Source: Fidelibacterota bacterium (GTDB lineage: Bacteria > Fidelibacterota > UBA8477 > JABMPR01). From it: a stretch of DNA of 64,000 nucleotides. This document shows positions 40,457-52,178 of this stretch, piece after piece. How positions within the stretch are numbered: position 1 is the stretch's first letter; each line of letters begins with the position of its first letter. The position numbers and the translations under genes are program-made. The notes under the pieces are model-generated. The model ran no database searches. It worked only from the letters and a program-made list of their open reading frames with translations, and was not told the origin of the DNA. The stretch covers positions 4,136 to 68,135 of the forward strand of contig JAIPJF010000008.1 in NCBI GenBank assembly GCA_021734325.1. The letters are read 5' to 3'.

Positions 40457-40861
40457 TTATTTCCTGGCTACGCTCATACGATTCATGGAGCGTTTCAATG
40501 CACGCAGCGCCTGTTCTTCATCCAGCATTTCATCTTGCTTCTTTTTCAGGAGAGCTTTTGCCCGTTCATAAGCTTCCTGGGCTCGTTTTAAATCAATATT
40601 TTCTTTAAGCTCAGCTGACTCAACCAGCAATTGAACACCGTCTTTAGTAATTTCTGCAAAACCTCGGGCGCAGGCGTAGAAAATCTCAACTGAGCCCTTT
40701 ACTACTTTTATCTCACCTATGTCTAGTGCCATAATTGACTCTGTATGGCCGGCCATCACCCCAAATGATCCATCAACACCAGGTGCGCGCACATAATCAA
40801 CCTGCCCCTCATCAAAGACGTGAGTAGGTGTAATTATCTCCAGATGGAATTGTGCAGGCAT
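40457..40861 (-). CDS. atpC: F0F1 ATP synthase subunit epsilon
   Basis: The size, the position after atpD, and an N-terminal beta-sandwich plus C-terminal helical hairpin all fit subunit epsilon. Confidence 0.88.
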   Translation of the reverse strand: MPAQFHLEIITPTHVFDEGQVDYVRAPGVDGSFGVMAGHTESIMALDIGEIKVVKGSVEIFYACARGFAEITKDGVQLLVESAELKENIDLKRAQEAYERAKALLKKKQDEMLDEEQALRALKRSMNRMSVARK

Positions 40862-40867
40862 GGGGTA

Positions 40868-43133
<2,266 letters not shown>

Positions 43134-43145
43134 AATAGGCCTGAT

Positions 43146-44681
43146 CTAGGCAATAAATCCTTTAACAAATTCAGAGATAGTTTTATCCAATGCAGCATCA
43201 ATATCGTCAGTGAGTATTCCTTCTGATCTGATCTGCTTTAGAAGCTCAGAATTTGTGGCATCCATGTAATTCAAGAACTCTGTCTCGAATCGTCTGATGG
43301 ATGCTGGTGGAATCTGGTCCAGATAGCCTTTTGATGCGGCATAAAAGATGCAAATCTGTTTTTCAACTGCCATGGGCGCGAACTGATTTTGTTTCAGAAC
43401 CTCATACAGGATCTTTCCACGGGTCAACTGTTTCTGAGTGGATTCATCCAGATCAGAACCAAACTGGGCAAAAGCTGCCAATTCGCGATACTGGGCCAAA
43501 TCGAGCCTCATACCACCAGCGACCTTTTTCATCGCCTTTAACTGAGCATTCCCACCAACACGAGATACTGAGATTCCCACATTCAGTGCGGGACGCTGTC
43601 CACTATTGAACAAGTCTGTCTCCAGAAATATTTGACCATCTGTAATAGAAATAACGTTGGTCGGGATATAGGCTGATACATCACCCATCTGAGTTTCGAT
43701 AATGGGCAATGCTGTCAAGGAGCCACCACCAAGTTCGGCATTCAATTTTGAAGCACGCTCCAGAAGACGACTGTGCAGATAGAATACATCACCTGGGTAA
43801 GCTTCACGACCTGGGGGTCTTCTCAACAACAGGGACATTTGACGATAAGCAACGGCATGTTTGGAAAGATCATCATAAATGATCAAGGCATGTTTTCCAT
43901 TGTCCCTAAAATATTCGCCAATTGACGCACCTGCATAAGGGGCAAGGAATTGAAGCGATGCAGGATCCGAAGCATTTGCAGCAACAACGGTCGTGTACTC
44001 CATTGCTCCCTGGGACTCAAGTTCAGCGACGACACGGGCAACCGTTGAAGCTTTCTGACCAATAGCGACATAGATACAATAAACTGGTTCTTCTGGTGAA
44101 TTTGGATCATGGGTGGACTTCTGATTAACAATAGTATCCAGGGCAACAGCAGTTTTTCCAGTCTGGCGGTCACCAATGATCAATTCACGCTGTCCACGAC
44201 CAATGGGAATCATGCTATCAATCGCCTTGATTCCGGTCTGAAGGGGTTGGTTAACAGGACTTCTGGCCAATACACCAAGAGCTTTTCGCTCTACGGGAAA
44301 GGTTTTATCAGATTTGATATCTCCCTTTCCGTCCATGGGAACACCAATCGGACTCAGCACACGACCAATCACCGCATCTCCAACACCGACAGAGACAACT
44401 TTTCCTGTTCGTTTAGCCTGATCACCTTCTTTGACTAATCGGGTATTACCAAAAAGGACAAGTCCAACCTCGTCTTCTTCGAGGTTCATGGCCATACCTA
44501 CAACACCGTTGGGAAGTTCTATGAGCTCTGATGCCATTACATTTTCCAGGCCACTCACACGAGCAATACCATCGCCAACCATGATGACCTCGCCAATCTC
44601 TGCAACATCGATGCTGAGATCCAGCTTGCCCAGTTCTTCCTGGAGTAATTTTGTGATTTCGTCTGTTCGAATATCCGTCAT
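43146..44681 (-). CDS. atpA: F0F1 ATP synthase subunit alpha
   Basis: It has GDRQTGKT and the conserved alpha signature segments. Confidence 0.96.
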   Translation of the reverse strand: MTDIRTDEITKLLQEELGKLDLSIDVAEIGEVIMVGDGIARVSGLENVMASELIELPNGVVGMAMNLEEDEVGLVLFGNTRLVKEGDQAKRTGKVVSVGVGDAVIGRVLSPIGVPMDGKGDIKSDKTFPVERKALGVLARSPVNQPLQTGIKAIDSMIPIGRGQRELIIGDRQTGKTAVALDTIVNQKSTHDPNSPEEPVYCIYVAIGQKASTVARVVAELESQGAMEYTTVVAANASDPASLQFLAPYAGASIGEYFRDNGKHALIIYDDLSKHAVAYRQMSLLLRRPPGREAYPGDVFYLHSRLLERASKLNAELGGGSLTALPIIETQMGDVSAYIPTNVISITDGQIFLETDLFNSGQRPALNVGISVSRVGGNAQLKAMKKVAGGMRLDLAQYRELAAFAQFGSDLDESTQKQLTRGKILYEVLKQNQFAPMAVEKQICIFYAASKGYLDQIPPASIRRFETEFLNYMDATNSELLKQIRSEGILTDDIDAALDKTISEFVKGFIA

Positions 44682-44695
44682 GTTCCTGTTTTCCT

Positions 44696-45232
44696 TTAGG
44701 ACTGGACCAGCGCTTGTCTGATCCTAGAAAGTTTGCTAGACAATGAGCCATCAAGAATGGTATTGCCAACTCGTAATGTTAATCCACCAAGAATGTCCGA
44801 TTTTACTTCAGAAGTGAAATCTGCTTTCCTGGATGTTACTGAATGTACAACTTGTTGAATACGGTCTACTGTAGTGGCGGAAAGCTCATTTGTACTCACT
44901 GCATGAACTTTGACCTGACCGCTCCTTTGATAGAACACAATATCCATATACTGAATGATAAGCCCTAACATTTTCATATCGCGCTCTTCACCCAGCTGGG
45001 CCAGAAAGGACTGATTAATTGGGTGCAGATCGGGAAAAACCTTGTTCAGCAGTTTAATTTTTTCAACGGTACCAATTTTTGTAGAAGCAAGAAAAGCCTT
45101 TAGCGCAGGTTCACGTTTATAGAACGCGTAGAATCTCAGCATTGATCGATAGACAGGTTCAAGTGTATTTTTCTGCTCAGCAATTTTTAGCAGAAGATTC
45201 GCATACTGGCGACTTTTTGCCGTAGATCGCAT
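44696..45232 (-). CDS. atpH: F0F1 ATP synthase subunit delta
   Basis: OSCP-like size and position between atpF and atpA, plus the segment [17 protein letters not shown]. Confidence 0.85.
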   Translation of the reverse strand: MRSTAKSRQYANLLLKIAEQKNTLEPVYRSMLRFYAFYKREPALKAFLASTKIGTVEKIKLLNKVFPDLHPINQSFLAQLGEERDMKMLGLIIQYMDIVFYQRSGQVKVHAVSTNELSATTVDRIQQVVHSVTSRKADFTSEVKSDILGGLTLRVGNTILDGSLSSKLSRIRQALVQS

Positions 45233-45726
45233 TAGTTCTTTCCGTATTCCTTTAACGCATCCCCTATGAGACGCTCATTGTCCTCACGGGTGATGGATTT
45301 GGCAATGATCTTCTCTGCAGCGGCCATCGAAATATCTACGATCTGAGTCCGAATCTCAGCGATGGCCTTTTCTCGTTCAGTGCCAATCTGAACTTCAGCC
45401 TGTCTTAGAATTCCAGCTGATTTTTCCTGAGCTTCCTTCAAGATTTCTGCCTTCATTCGCTCAGCAGTTTCCTTGCCGGCAGATACAATTGCCTGTGCTT
45501 CCTGTCTAGCCTTGGCAACCATGACTTCATACTCAGCAGCAACCTTATCGGCTTCGTGCCGGGCCGCCTCGGCTTCCTCCAGCGATTCGCGGATGAAATT
45601 CTCGCGGTTTTCCAGTGCTTTGATCATGGGTTTCCAGGCCTTGGTGGCCAGAATCACCAATACAGCAATAAAGGTGATCCAGGTCCAGATCATTAAGCCG
45701 GTGTCAAACCTTAACAGGTTTTCCAT
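45232..45726 (-). CDS. atpF: F0F1 ATP synthase subunit b
   Basis: It has a single N-terminal TM segment followed by a long charged, Ala-rich helix, in the expected position. Confidence 0.85.
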   Translation of the reverse strand: MENLLRFDTGLMIWTWITFIAVLVILATKAWKPMIKALENRENFIRESLEEAEAARHEADKVAAEYEVMVAKARQEAQAIVSAGKETAERMKAEILKEAQEKSAGILRQAEVQIGTEREKAIAEIRTQIVDISMAAAEKIIAKSITREDNERLIGDALKEYGKN

Positions 45727-45756
45727 AGTTCCTCCGAAGGTGGGTTTTCAGCCTTC

Positions 45757-45975
45757 TTATTTAAGGGCGATAAGGAGGGCAACAACCTCACCAATAATAG
45801 CAACACCTTCAAGCAGGAAGAGAGGGAGGTTGACTGCACCAGTAATGCTTGAAGCTGCCTCAGGTTGACGAGCAATTCCGGCAGCGGCAGCGGCAGCTAA
45901 TTTCCCAATACCGAGACCAGCCCCTATAACGATCATACCGGCACCGATTGCGGCTCCTAGATAAGCAAATTCCAT
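45757..45975 (-). CDS. atpE: F0F1 ATP synthase subunit c
   Basis: The ATG at 45975 is preceded by AAGGAG. The product is a 72-aa hairpin with an ARQPEA loop and a carboxylate in LLEGVAI, which looks like the H+ type. Confidence 0.9.
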   Translation of the reverse strand: MEFAYLGAAIGAGMIVIGAGLGIGKLAAAAAAGIARQPEAASSITGAVNLPLFLLEGVAIIGEVVALLIALK

Positions 45976-46117
45976 TTTAGTACTCCTTTGTAAAGTTGTG
46001 GGTTTCCAGCACTTTCTGATCACCTGCGCCTACATGGCTTGATTCCTTGAAATGAGTAAACGCAAATTGTTCATTAGTGGCAGAAGGATTATATGTTTGT
46101 TTAATAAAAATCAAAAA

Positions 46118-46936
46118 TTAATGATGTGGGTGAATTGATTGACCTATAAATACCGAAGATAATAAAGTAAATACATACGCCTGAACGATACTGACAATGA
46201 TCTCCAGAAATGTGATTCCAACATTCAAAGTAACGGAGGCAACCCCGACATAAGCATTGTGCAACAAGAAAATGGGAGCAAAGATCGCAAGCATAGCAAT
46301 ATGACCAGCGGTCATATTTGCTGCAAGACGCATGGTCAGCGCAAATGGACGTACAAACATGCTCAATATCTCAATCGGGATGAGGATAATATATACCGCC
46401 TTGGGTAGACCGCCAGGTACCAGATTTTTCCAGTGCTTGAAAAAGCCATGCTCGAGAATTCCAGCAACAATAATTGCAAAAAAGGTTATCAGTGCCAGTG
46501 CGGCTGTCACATTGATATTGCCTGTCGCTGTGGTTCCACCATGACCATGGTTGATGTAGTTAAAGAAAGGCATGAGACCCAAAAAATTGACAGTCAGAAT
46601 CAAGAAGAAAAATGACATGACCAGGGGTCCCCATTTCAATACATGATTCTTACCCACAGTAGGGATCAGAATCCCTGTCCGTACAAAATCAACAACATAT
46701 TCAAAAGCATTCGAAAAGCCGGATGGCACCGGTCGTTCTTCTTTACGATATCTTCTCGTGGCGTAGAGTGCGGCAGTTACCAGGAGGCCGGCTGCGATCC
46801 ACAGCATAATGACATGTTTTGTGATGGAAAGGTCAATTCCGAACAACTCCAGATGGATCATCACGTCACTATTTGCGACATGCTCAATTATTTTATCCCC
46901 GATGTTGGTACTTGCTTCGTGGCTACCCTGAGCCAT
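46118..46936 (-). CDS. atpB: F0F1 ATP synthase subunit a
   Basis: It is polytopic, with LTMRLAANMTAGH containing the essential Arg. The ATG at 46936 overlaps the upstream stop (TAATG). Confidence 0.9.
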   Translation of the reverse strand: MAQGSHEASTNIGDKIIEHVANSDVMIHLELFGIDLSITKHVIMLWIAAGLLVTAALYATRRYRKEERPVPSGFSNAFEYVVDFVRTGILIPTVGKNHVLKWGPLVMSFFFLILTVNFLGLMPFFNYINHGHGGTTATGNINVTAALALITFFAIIVAGILEHGFFKHWKNLVPGGLPKAVYIILIPIEILSMFVRPFALTMRLAANMTAGHIAMLAIFAPIFLLHNAYVGVASVTLNVGITFLEIIVSIVQAYVFTLLSSVFIGQSIHPHH

Positions 46937-47328
46937 TAGGTATTCTCCCCATCTGCTTGTCCACTTCTGCCCATAAAAAGCGGCCAATAATAAGCTTCGA
47001 CCCCATGCCACGCAAGAAAGTTTAAAAGTAAAATTACTATAAATGTCACGTTATGTAAGGTCTTTGCATTCAACAACATAGCCGCCCATGCGCCTAGCAA
47101 TATCACCTTAATAAAGAATCCAAAAATGTTGATTTTTTGGAGCTGGCTAGCATTATCAATTTGCTGCTTGTCCACCCAAAAAAGGAGTCCAAGACTTATC
47201 AGCGTGGGTATTAGGGCAGCGGCTATTACCGAAAATATCCGATTCGAATGTCCGGTAAATGAAAATGCTAATATGATGAGACCGTTAAGGATTATGGCCG
47301 CAATTCCCATTATTTGCCAGGGTCTCAT
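46936..47328 (-). CDS. atpI: ATP synthase protein I-like membrane protein
   Basis: It is a 4-TM hydrophobic protein immediately upstream of atpB. The call rests on position and topology only. Confidence 0.5.
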   Translation of the reverse strand: MRPWQIMGIAAIILNGLIILAFSFTGHSNRIFSVIAAALIPTLISLGLLFWVDKQQIDNASQLQKINIFGFFIKVILLGAWAAMLLNAKTLHNVTFIVILLLNFLAWHGVEAYYWPLFMGRSGQADGENT

Positions 47329-47528
47329 TTATCATCATTCTTTGTATTAATACTTTTATAAAGTTCATACATGCCGATTATTACACCGAGGAGCGTCCCC
47401 GCGAGCACCCCATACTGATCCCAGTTAAATTTATGGTCAAGAAAGTAACCAATTGCACCCAAGCCCAAGACACTACCTGTCATCGTAGAGGCAGCAGCCA
47501 TATATTTCCCTTCGCCTGGTGATCTCAT
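47325..47528 (-). CDS. AtpZ/AtpI-family small membrane protein
   Basis: It is a 67-aa two-TM protein (GSVLGLGAIGYFLD...GTLLGVIIGMY) at the head of the atp operon. Confidence 0.55.
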   Translation of the reverse strand: MRSPGEGKYMAAASTMTGSVLGLGAIGYFLDHKFNWDQYGVLAGTLLGVIIGMYELYKSINTKNDDK

Positions 47529-47915
47529 CTACAGCTGCTCTACCCCACCCTTAAAGGTAAAATCAATTTCTTCATCTGAAACTTCAGGTATCATCGAACT
47601 GCGCCCCTGGAAAACTGCTCCATCCTCTATGATAAGACGCGTGGCAATCACATCGCCCTTGAGACGACCTTTCTTTCCAAGTGCAACCTTACCCTTCACT
47701 TCAATATTACCGCCAACAATTCCACCGATGATGGCGTATTCCCCTTTTATGCCCCCCTTGACCAAACCAGTTTCTGATACGGTAACAAATCCAGTAGCAA
47801 TAATACTCCCGTCGACGGTTCCATTGATGTGTGCGCTTCCATTGATGTGGATATCACCTTTGACGTGACTTCCATGCCCCACAATAGTCTCTATGCGATG
47901 AATTCGATTAGCCAT
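47529..47915 (-). CDS. Bactofilin (polymer-forming cytoskeletal protein)
   Basis: It has a DUF583-type beta-helix repeat pattern (VKGDIHINGSAHINGTVDGSIIATGFVTVSETGLVKGGIKGEYAIIGGIVGGNIEVKGKVALGKKGRLKGDVIATRLIIEDGAVFQG). Confidence 0.85.
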   Translation of the reverse strand: MANRIHRIETIVGHGSHVKGDIHINGSAHINGTVDGSIIATGFVTVSETGLVKGGIKGEYAIIGGIVGGNIEVKGKVALGKKGRLKGDVIATRLIIEDGAVFQGRSSMIPEVSDEEIDFTFKGGVEQL

Positions 47916-48717
47916 TGGTCTCTTCCTGTTCTCCAACGGGAGAAGTTACTTCATTTAATTCGGTCATAAAATAAGTCGGGTCCAGAGGCACACCATTATG
48001 CCAGATCTCAAAATGTAGATGAGCCCCGTCCGAGATTCCTGTATTCCCCATGATCGCGATTGGCTCTGCTCGGTCGACCACCTGTCGTTGGCTGACCAGG
48101 TTTTGTTCATTGTGACCGTAGACGCTTAGATAGCCGTTGCCGTGATCGATAATGATCGTGTTTCCATACCGATAGGTCCAATCAGAGAATATGACATAGC
48201 CCCTCCCGGCAGCCTTTACTACCCGATCCTCTATTGATGAAAGATCTATGCCCAAATGGTCCTGGCTGAAAAGGCCTTCACGGACTTTGAAACCTGCATT
48301 GACAAATCCTTTGATAGGCAGATAGGTAGGAAGGTCCTCTAACAGGCCCATCGTCTCAAAGGGATTCAGTGTACCATCTTCTCCGAATGAAACCGCGCTA
48401 TCACCCTGAATGGTCTGGAATTCATAGTGTGAGCCTAGTGTGCTTTCGATGAAATGATTGATCTCGTCAATGCGTTTGGCATTTTGTAAGAGACCGGTCA
48501 CCTGTTGTCTTTCGCCCAGCAAATAATCATTTTCACGTTTTAACTCTTTGAATTCCAGTGCTTTTGGCAAAAAGTATGCACTGAATAAGATGATTGCAGC
48601 GAGGACAAAGATGGTTAAAAATTTAAGAAAATTCACTGTTCTGGCTGTCACTGACAAGGTACGACCTGAACCCTCGTTATCGGGCAGAATGAGAATTGTA
48701 TACTTTTCGTGTTTCAT
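47908..48717 (-). CDS. M23-family (LytM-type) metallopeptidase, membrane-anchored
   Basis: It has an N-terminal TM segment and a coiled coil. The HxxxD motif (HLGIDLS) and the HxH motif (AHLHFEIW) are both intact. Confidence 0.85.
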   Translation of the reverse strand: MKHEKYTILILPDNEGSGRTLSVTARTVNFLKFLTIFVLAAIILFSAYFLPKALEFKELKRENDYLLGERQQVTGLLQNAKRIDEINHFIESTLGSHYEFQTIQGDSAVSFGEDGTLNPFETMGLLEDLPTYLPIKGFVNAGFKVREGLFSQDHLGIDLSSIEDRVVKAAGRGYVIFSDWTYRYGNTIIIDHGNGYLSVYGHNEQNLVSQRQVVDRAEPIAIMGNTGISDGAHLHFEIWHNGVPLDPTYFMTELNEVTSPVGEQEETNG

Positions 48718-48847
48718 GTAATCCTGTTTCTACTTTTATGCCATTAATCCATTAATCATTAATATTTCACATACATTCATTTCTAGGTTTGTGGATCCCT
48801 TTTCTTCAGGATCAGTCCCCAGGGTAATCATATACCGGAGTGTTTGG

Positions 48848-49735
48848 TTAGTTCCTGAGCGATTCAAACAGCTCAATCAGACGCTCCAGGTCTTCATTAC
48901 CAAAATACTCCAGCTCAATAGTGCCCTTCTTTTTCCCATCTTTGATCTGCACGCGGGTACCCAGGATCGCCATGAGCGATTCTTCACTTTTTCTGACAAA
49001 TGCTGATTTTTGGGGTGAACGGGATTGTTTCTTTTCCGGACTGGATGATTTACTCTTAATCTTTTTGATGTAATTTTCAGTTTCCCGAACACTCATGTTA
49101 TGCCTGCGGACCTGTTGGAAAGCATGTATCATTTCTTTCTCATATTCCAGGCCAAGCAAGGCACGAGCATGACCGGCTGAAACCACAAGATTTTTCAGTG
49201 CCAGTTTGATTTCTGCTGGCAGCTTGAGCAACCTGAGAGCATTAGTAACCGCCGCTCGACTTTTCCCGATACTATCTGCTATTTCTTCGTGGGAGAGGTC
49301 ATATTTATCGGCCAACAATGAATAGGCTTCTGCTTCCTCTAAAGCGTTAAGATTGTCCCGTTGTAGATTCTCGATGAGAGCAATTTCCATCATATCCACA
49401 TCAGTATCTACAACGAGGACATGAACCGGTATACTTTCCAGGCCGAGTTCCTGACAGGCCTTCAAACGCCGCCCGCCGGCGATTAATTCATATTCACCAT
49501 CAATTTCACGTACAGTTACAGGTTGAATAAGCCCCTTGGATTTGATTGATGCCTTTAGGTCTTCAAAAGATTGAACTGCCCTTTCAGATTCAAAATCCTT
49601 TCTGGGCTGAAAGGGATTCGGTCGAATCTGACTAGGGCTCAGAGTAAGTGAGGATGAATTGATCTCCGATGTATTTCCCAAAGAGTCAAGAATTGCATCC
49701 AGTCCCCTGCCGAGTCGCTTGGGCTTGTCAGGCAT
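48848..49735 (-). CDS. parB: Chromosome partitioning protein ParB (Spo0J)
   Basis: It has [10 protein letters not shown], the ParB box IQPVTVRE...[12 protein letters not shown], and an HTH domain. Confidence 0.92.
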   Translation of the reverse strand: MPDKPKRLGRGLDAILDSLGNTSEINSSSLTLSPSQIRPNPFQPRKDFESERAVQSFEDLKASIKSKGLIQPVTVREIDGEYELIAGGRRLKACQELGLESIPVHVLVVDTDVDMMEIALIENLQRDNLNALEEAEAYSLLADKYDLSHEEIADSIGKSRAAVTNALRLLKLPAEIKLALKNLVVSAGHARALLGLEYEKEMIHAFQQVRRHNMSVRETENYIKKIKSKSSSPEKKQSRSPQKSAFVRKSEESLMAILGTRVQIKDGKKKGTIELEYFGNEDLERLIELFESLRN

Positions 49736-50489
49736 TTTCCAGTACCTCTTCCACGAGGCTCATGTAATTGGCGGCCCCAACTGAATTGGCGTCGTACAAC
49801 ATAATGGGTTTCCCATAGCTGGGTGACTCACTCAGACGAACATTGCGATTGATGTATGTCTTGTAGACACGTTCTTTAAAATAGGTCTTTACCTCATCAA
49901 CAACCTGTTTACTCAAATTCAGGCGGCTGTCATACATGGTCATGAGTACTCCTTCAATGACCAGAGCCTTGTTTATAGTTTTTTGCACTCGACGGACAGT
50001 GTTCAAAAGCTGACCCAAGCCCTCCAGTGCATAATATTCACATTGAATGGGTATCAGTATGGAATGAGAAGCAGTCAGGGCATTTAAGGTGAGGAGACCC
50101 AGTGAAGGTGGACAATCAATGATAATAAAATCGTAGTTGTCTTCAATATCTGCCAGTGCTTCCTTAAGAATTCTTTCTCGTGCAATTGCAGATACCAGCT
50201 CAACTTCAGCACCTACAAGGGAAGGACTGGATGGAATTACATCAAGAAATGGCAGCTCGCTTTTTTGCAGGATATCTTCAATGGGAGCCTGGCCTAACAA
50301 TACCTGATAGACACTTTTTCCATCAACGCGAACAGGAAGTCCCAACCCGGAAGTAGAATTTGCCTGGGGATCAAGATCGATGAGAAGGCATTTCTTTTCA
50401 GCCACGGCTAAACCTGCAGCCAGGTTGACTGAGGTAGTGGTTTTACCCACGCCTCCCTTTTGATTGACAATGGCGATTATTTTTGCCAT
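49728..50489 (-). CDS. parA: Chromosome partitioning ATPase ParA (Soj)
   Basis: It has the deviant Walker A motif [11 protein letters not shown] and the expected size. It overlaps parB by 8 nt. Confidence 0.92.
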   Translation of the reverse strand: MAKIIAIVNQKGGVGKTTTSVNLAAGLAVAEKKCLLIDLDPQANSTSGLGLPVRVDGKSVYQVLLGQAPIEDILQKSELPFLDVIPSSPSLVGAEVELVSAIARERILKEALADIEDNYDFIIIDCPPSLGLLTLNALTASHSILIPIQCEYYALEGLGQLLNTVRRVQKTINKALVIEGVLMTMYDSRLNLSKQVVDEVKTYFKERVYKTYINRNVRLSESPSYGKPIMLYDANSVGAANYMSLVEEVLENA

Positions 50490-50575
50490 AAATGTATGTT
50501 TTTTAAAGACCTTTCACCGTTTTATTCAGGCTGTGAATATAGTTGTACTCGTCACCAAAAACAACCTGTTGCTGC

Positions 50576-51496
50576 TTAGAATTTTTTGCTGGCATTTCTG
50601 TCTTTCACACTCAGCATTCTCTGCTGATAGATTTCCGGGATGGTGACAGATAGTAAGATAATGACCGCACCAGCCAGTGCTCCTTTGGATAGCTGCTCAT
50701 CGAGGAGAAGCCACCCCCAAAGACTTGCCAATATGGGTAGCAGAAAATTAAGGTAGCTCATTTTAACAACGGTCACTTGGGATAAGAGCCAAAAATATAC
50801 GCTGAAACCGAAAGCTGATCCAAAGATGGCCAGATAGGCCGTGGCTCCCAGATTCAGGGGAGTAAATCGTATATCTTGCCAGGGCTCGAATATGAATCCG
50901 GGGATTAGCAGCATGGCTGCGCCAATCAGCATGGCAAGTGCGTTTACTGCCACGGGATCAAGATGACTGCCTTCTCTTTTATAAAGAACACTTGAATAAG
51001 CCGAACCACTGATGGATGCGATGATTACCAACATCCCCAGCGCAGTTCGTGGATCAAATTGTTGTCCATGGATATCAAATATCAGATAGGAGCCAATTAA
51101 GGAACCGACAAGGCTGAATATTTTCGAAGGATTGATTTTATCATCGTTCAACATGGAATGGGCAATAAGGGATACAAAAACTGGATAGGTTGCCCACAGA
51201 ATTGAGGTAATATTACTGTGGACGTACTGCATCCCCCAGTAAGTAAATCCATACCCAATAAAGAAGGTACCAATGCCTAGTGCCATGATCACATTCCCAC
51301 TACCGCGGGGAGGTAAGATCGATTTTCTTCTCAGTTTTTGAAATATTATCAAAAGGAGAGCTGCGCTGAAGAAGCGTATGGCAGCCATGGTGAACGGGAC
51401 TTCACCGACACTCACTTTTATCGCAATCCAGGTGCTCCCCCAAATGAGTATAAGGGAAAAATAAGCAAATGGTACTTGAAGGGTCATACTTTTCAT
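50576..51496 (-). CDS. EamA/DMT-superfamily transporter
   Basis: It has ten TM segments arranged as two EamA-like repeats. Confidence 0.75.
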   Translation of the reverse strand: MKSMTLQVPFAYFSLILIWGSTWIAIKVSVGEVPFTMAAIRFFSAALLLIIFQKLRRKSILPPRGSGNVIMALGIGTFFIGYGFTYWGMQYVHSNITSILWATYPVFVSLIAHSMLNDDKINPSKIFSLVGSLIGSYLIFDIHGQQFDPRTALGMLVIIASISGSAYSSVLYKREGSHLDPVAVNALAMLIGAAMLLIPGFIFEPWQDIRFTPLNLGATAYLAIFGSAFGFSVYFWLLSQVTVVKMSYLNFLLPILASLWGWLLLDEQLSKGALAGAVIILLSVTIPEIYQQRMLSVKDRNASKKF

Positions 51497-51669
51497 CCAT
51501 CGAAATTAGATTGGATTCGGGACCAAGCTAAATATTTGTGCCGGTAGATGGATTTTTGTCAGCGGACAGGGAGATCCCTTTCCAACATGCACAGTAATGT
51601 TTGCTATCCACAAATTCTATTAAATGCATAATATTTATATTATTCGTTGTTTCCAAGTATCAATTAGAA

Positions 51670-51685
51670 TGGCACAGAACTAGCA
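51670..51685 (+). promoter_or_regulatory. Candidate sigma-54 promoter of the merR-psr operon
   Basis: The sequence is TGGCAC-AGAAC-TAGCA. The -24 element is perfect and the -12 GC has the correct spacing, with one mismatch to TTGC. It lies about 30 nt upstream of the ATG at 51714, which has an AGGAA RBS. Confidence 0.5.
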
Positions 51686-51713
51686 AAGTTAGATTTTGAA
51701 ATATAGGAATGCT

Positions 51714-52178
51714 ATGAACGTTTCACAAATACAAGAGCGCATCACTGATAAGACCCGACCAGTTTATACCATAAGGATTGCTTCGGATTTGATTGGTGTC
51801 TCAGTTCATACACTTCGCATGTATGAGAGCGAAGGTTTGATCCTTCCGCGCCGTACTGAAAGTCAGCACAGACTCTATTCGCAAATCGATATCGAGCGAC
51901 TCCAGTGTATCCGGATTATGATTGAAGAACATGGATTTAATCTGGCGGGCATCAAGGCAATGATGTCCATGGCTCCCTGTTGGACAATAAAGGGCTGCAG
52001 CGCTGACGATCGAAATCAATGTGAGGCCTACAATGATGCCCTGGAACCGTGTTGGGTGGTCAAGACCAAGGCGGATATCTGCAGCGAAGCTGACTGTACT
52101 GAATGCCCTGTTTATTTGGAAGTAACAACTTGTCATAACATGAAATCTTTTTTAAAAGAACATTGGAAGAATGCATGA
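51714..52178 (+). CDS. MerR-family transcriptional regulator with C-terminal 8-Cys domain
   Basis: It has the MerR HTH (YTIRIASDLIGVSVHTLRMYESEGLILPRRTESQHRLYS). The tail is PCWTIKGC-x7-C-x10-CW-x9-C-x4-C-x2-C-x9-C. The stop overlaps the ATG at 52175 (ATGA). Confidence 0.75.
   Translation: MNVSQIQERITDKTRPVYTIRIASDLIGVSVHTLRMYESEGLILPRRTESQHRLYSQIDIERLQCIRIMIEEHGFNLAGIKAMMSMAPCWTIKGCSADDRNQCEAYNDALEPCWVVKTKADICSEADCTECPVYLEVTTCHNMKSFLKEHWKNA

Noticed and set aside
45757-46023. I considered the 88-aa version of the ATP synthase c subunit, and whether the enzyme is Na+-coupled.
   Set aside because: The internal ATG at 45975 has an AAGGAG RBS and gives the canonical 72-aa hairpin. The ion-site context (LLEGVAI, with no Ser or Thr after the Glu and no helix-1 Gln motif) looks like the H+ type, so nothing is unusual.
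48741-48763. A tandem CCATTAAT/CCATTAAT/CATTAAT repeat lies in the parB-M23 spacer. I considered it as a possible parS or regulatory site.
   Set aside because: It has only three short AT-rich units and no similarity to the TGTTTCACGTGAAACA parS consensus. I saw no full parS palindrome anywhere in the window, only a GTTTCAC half-site at about 51720. It is probably low-complexity promoter DNA.
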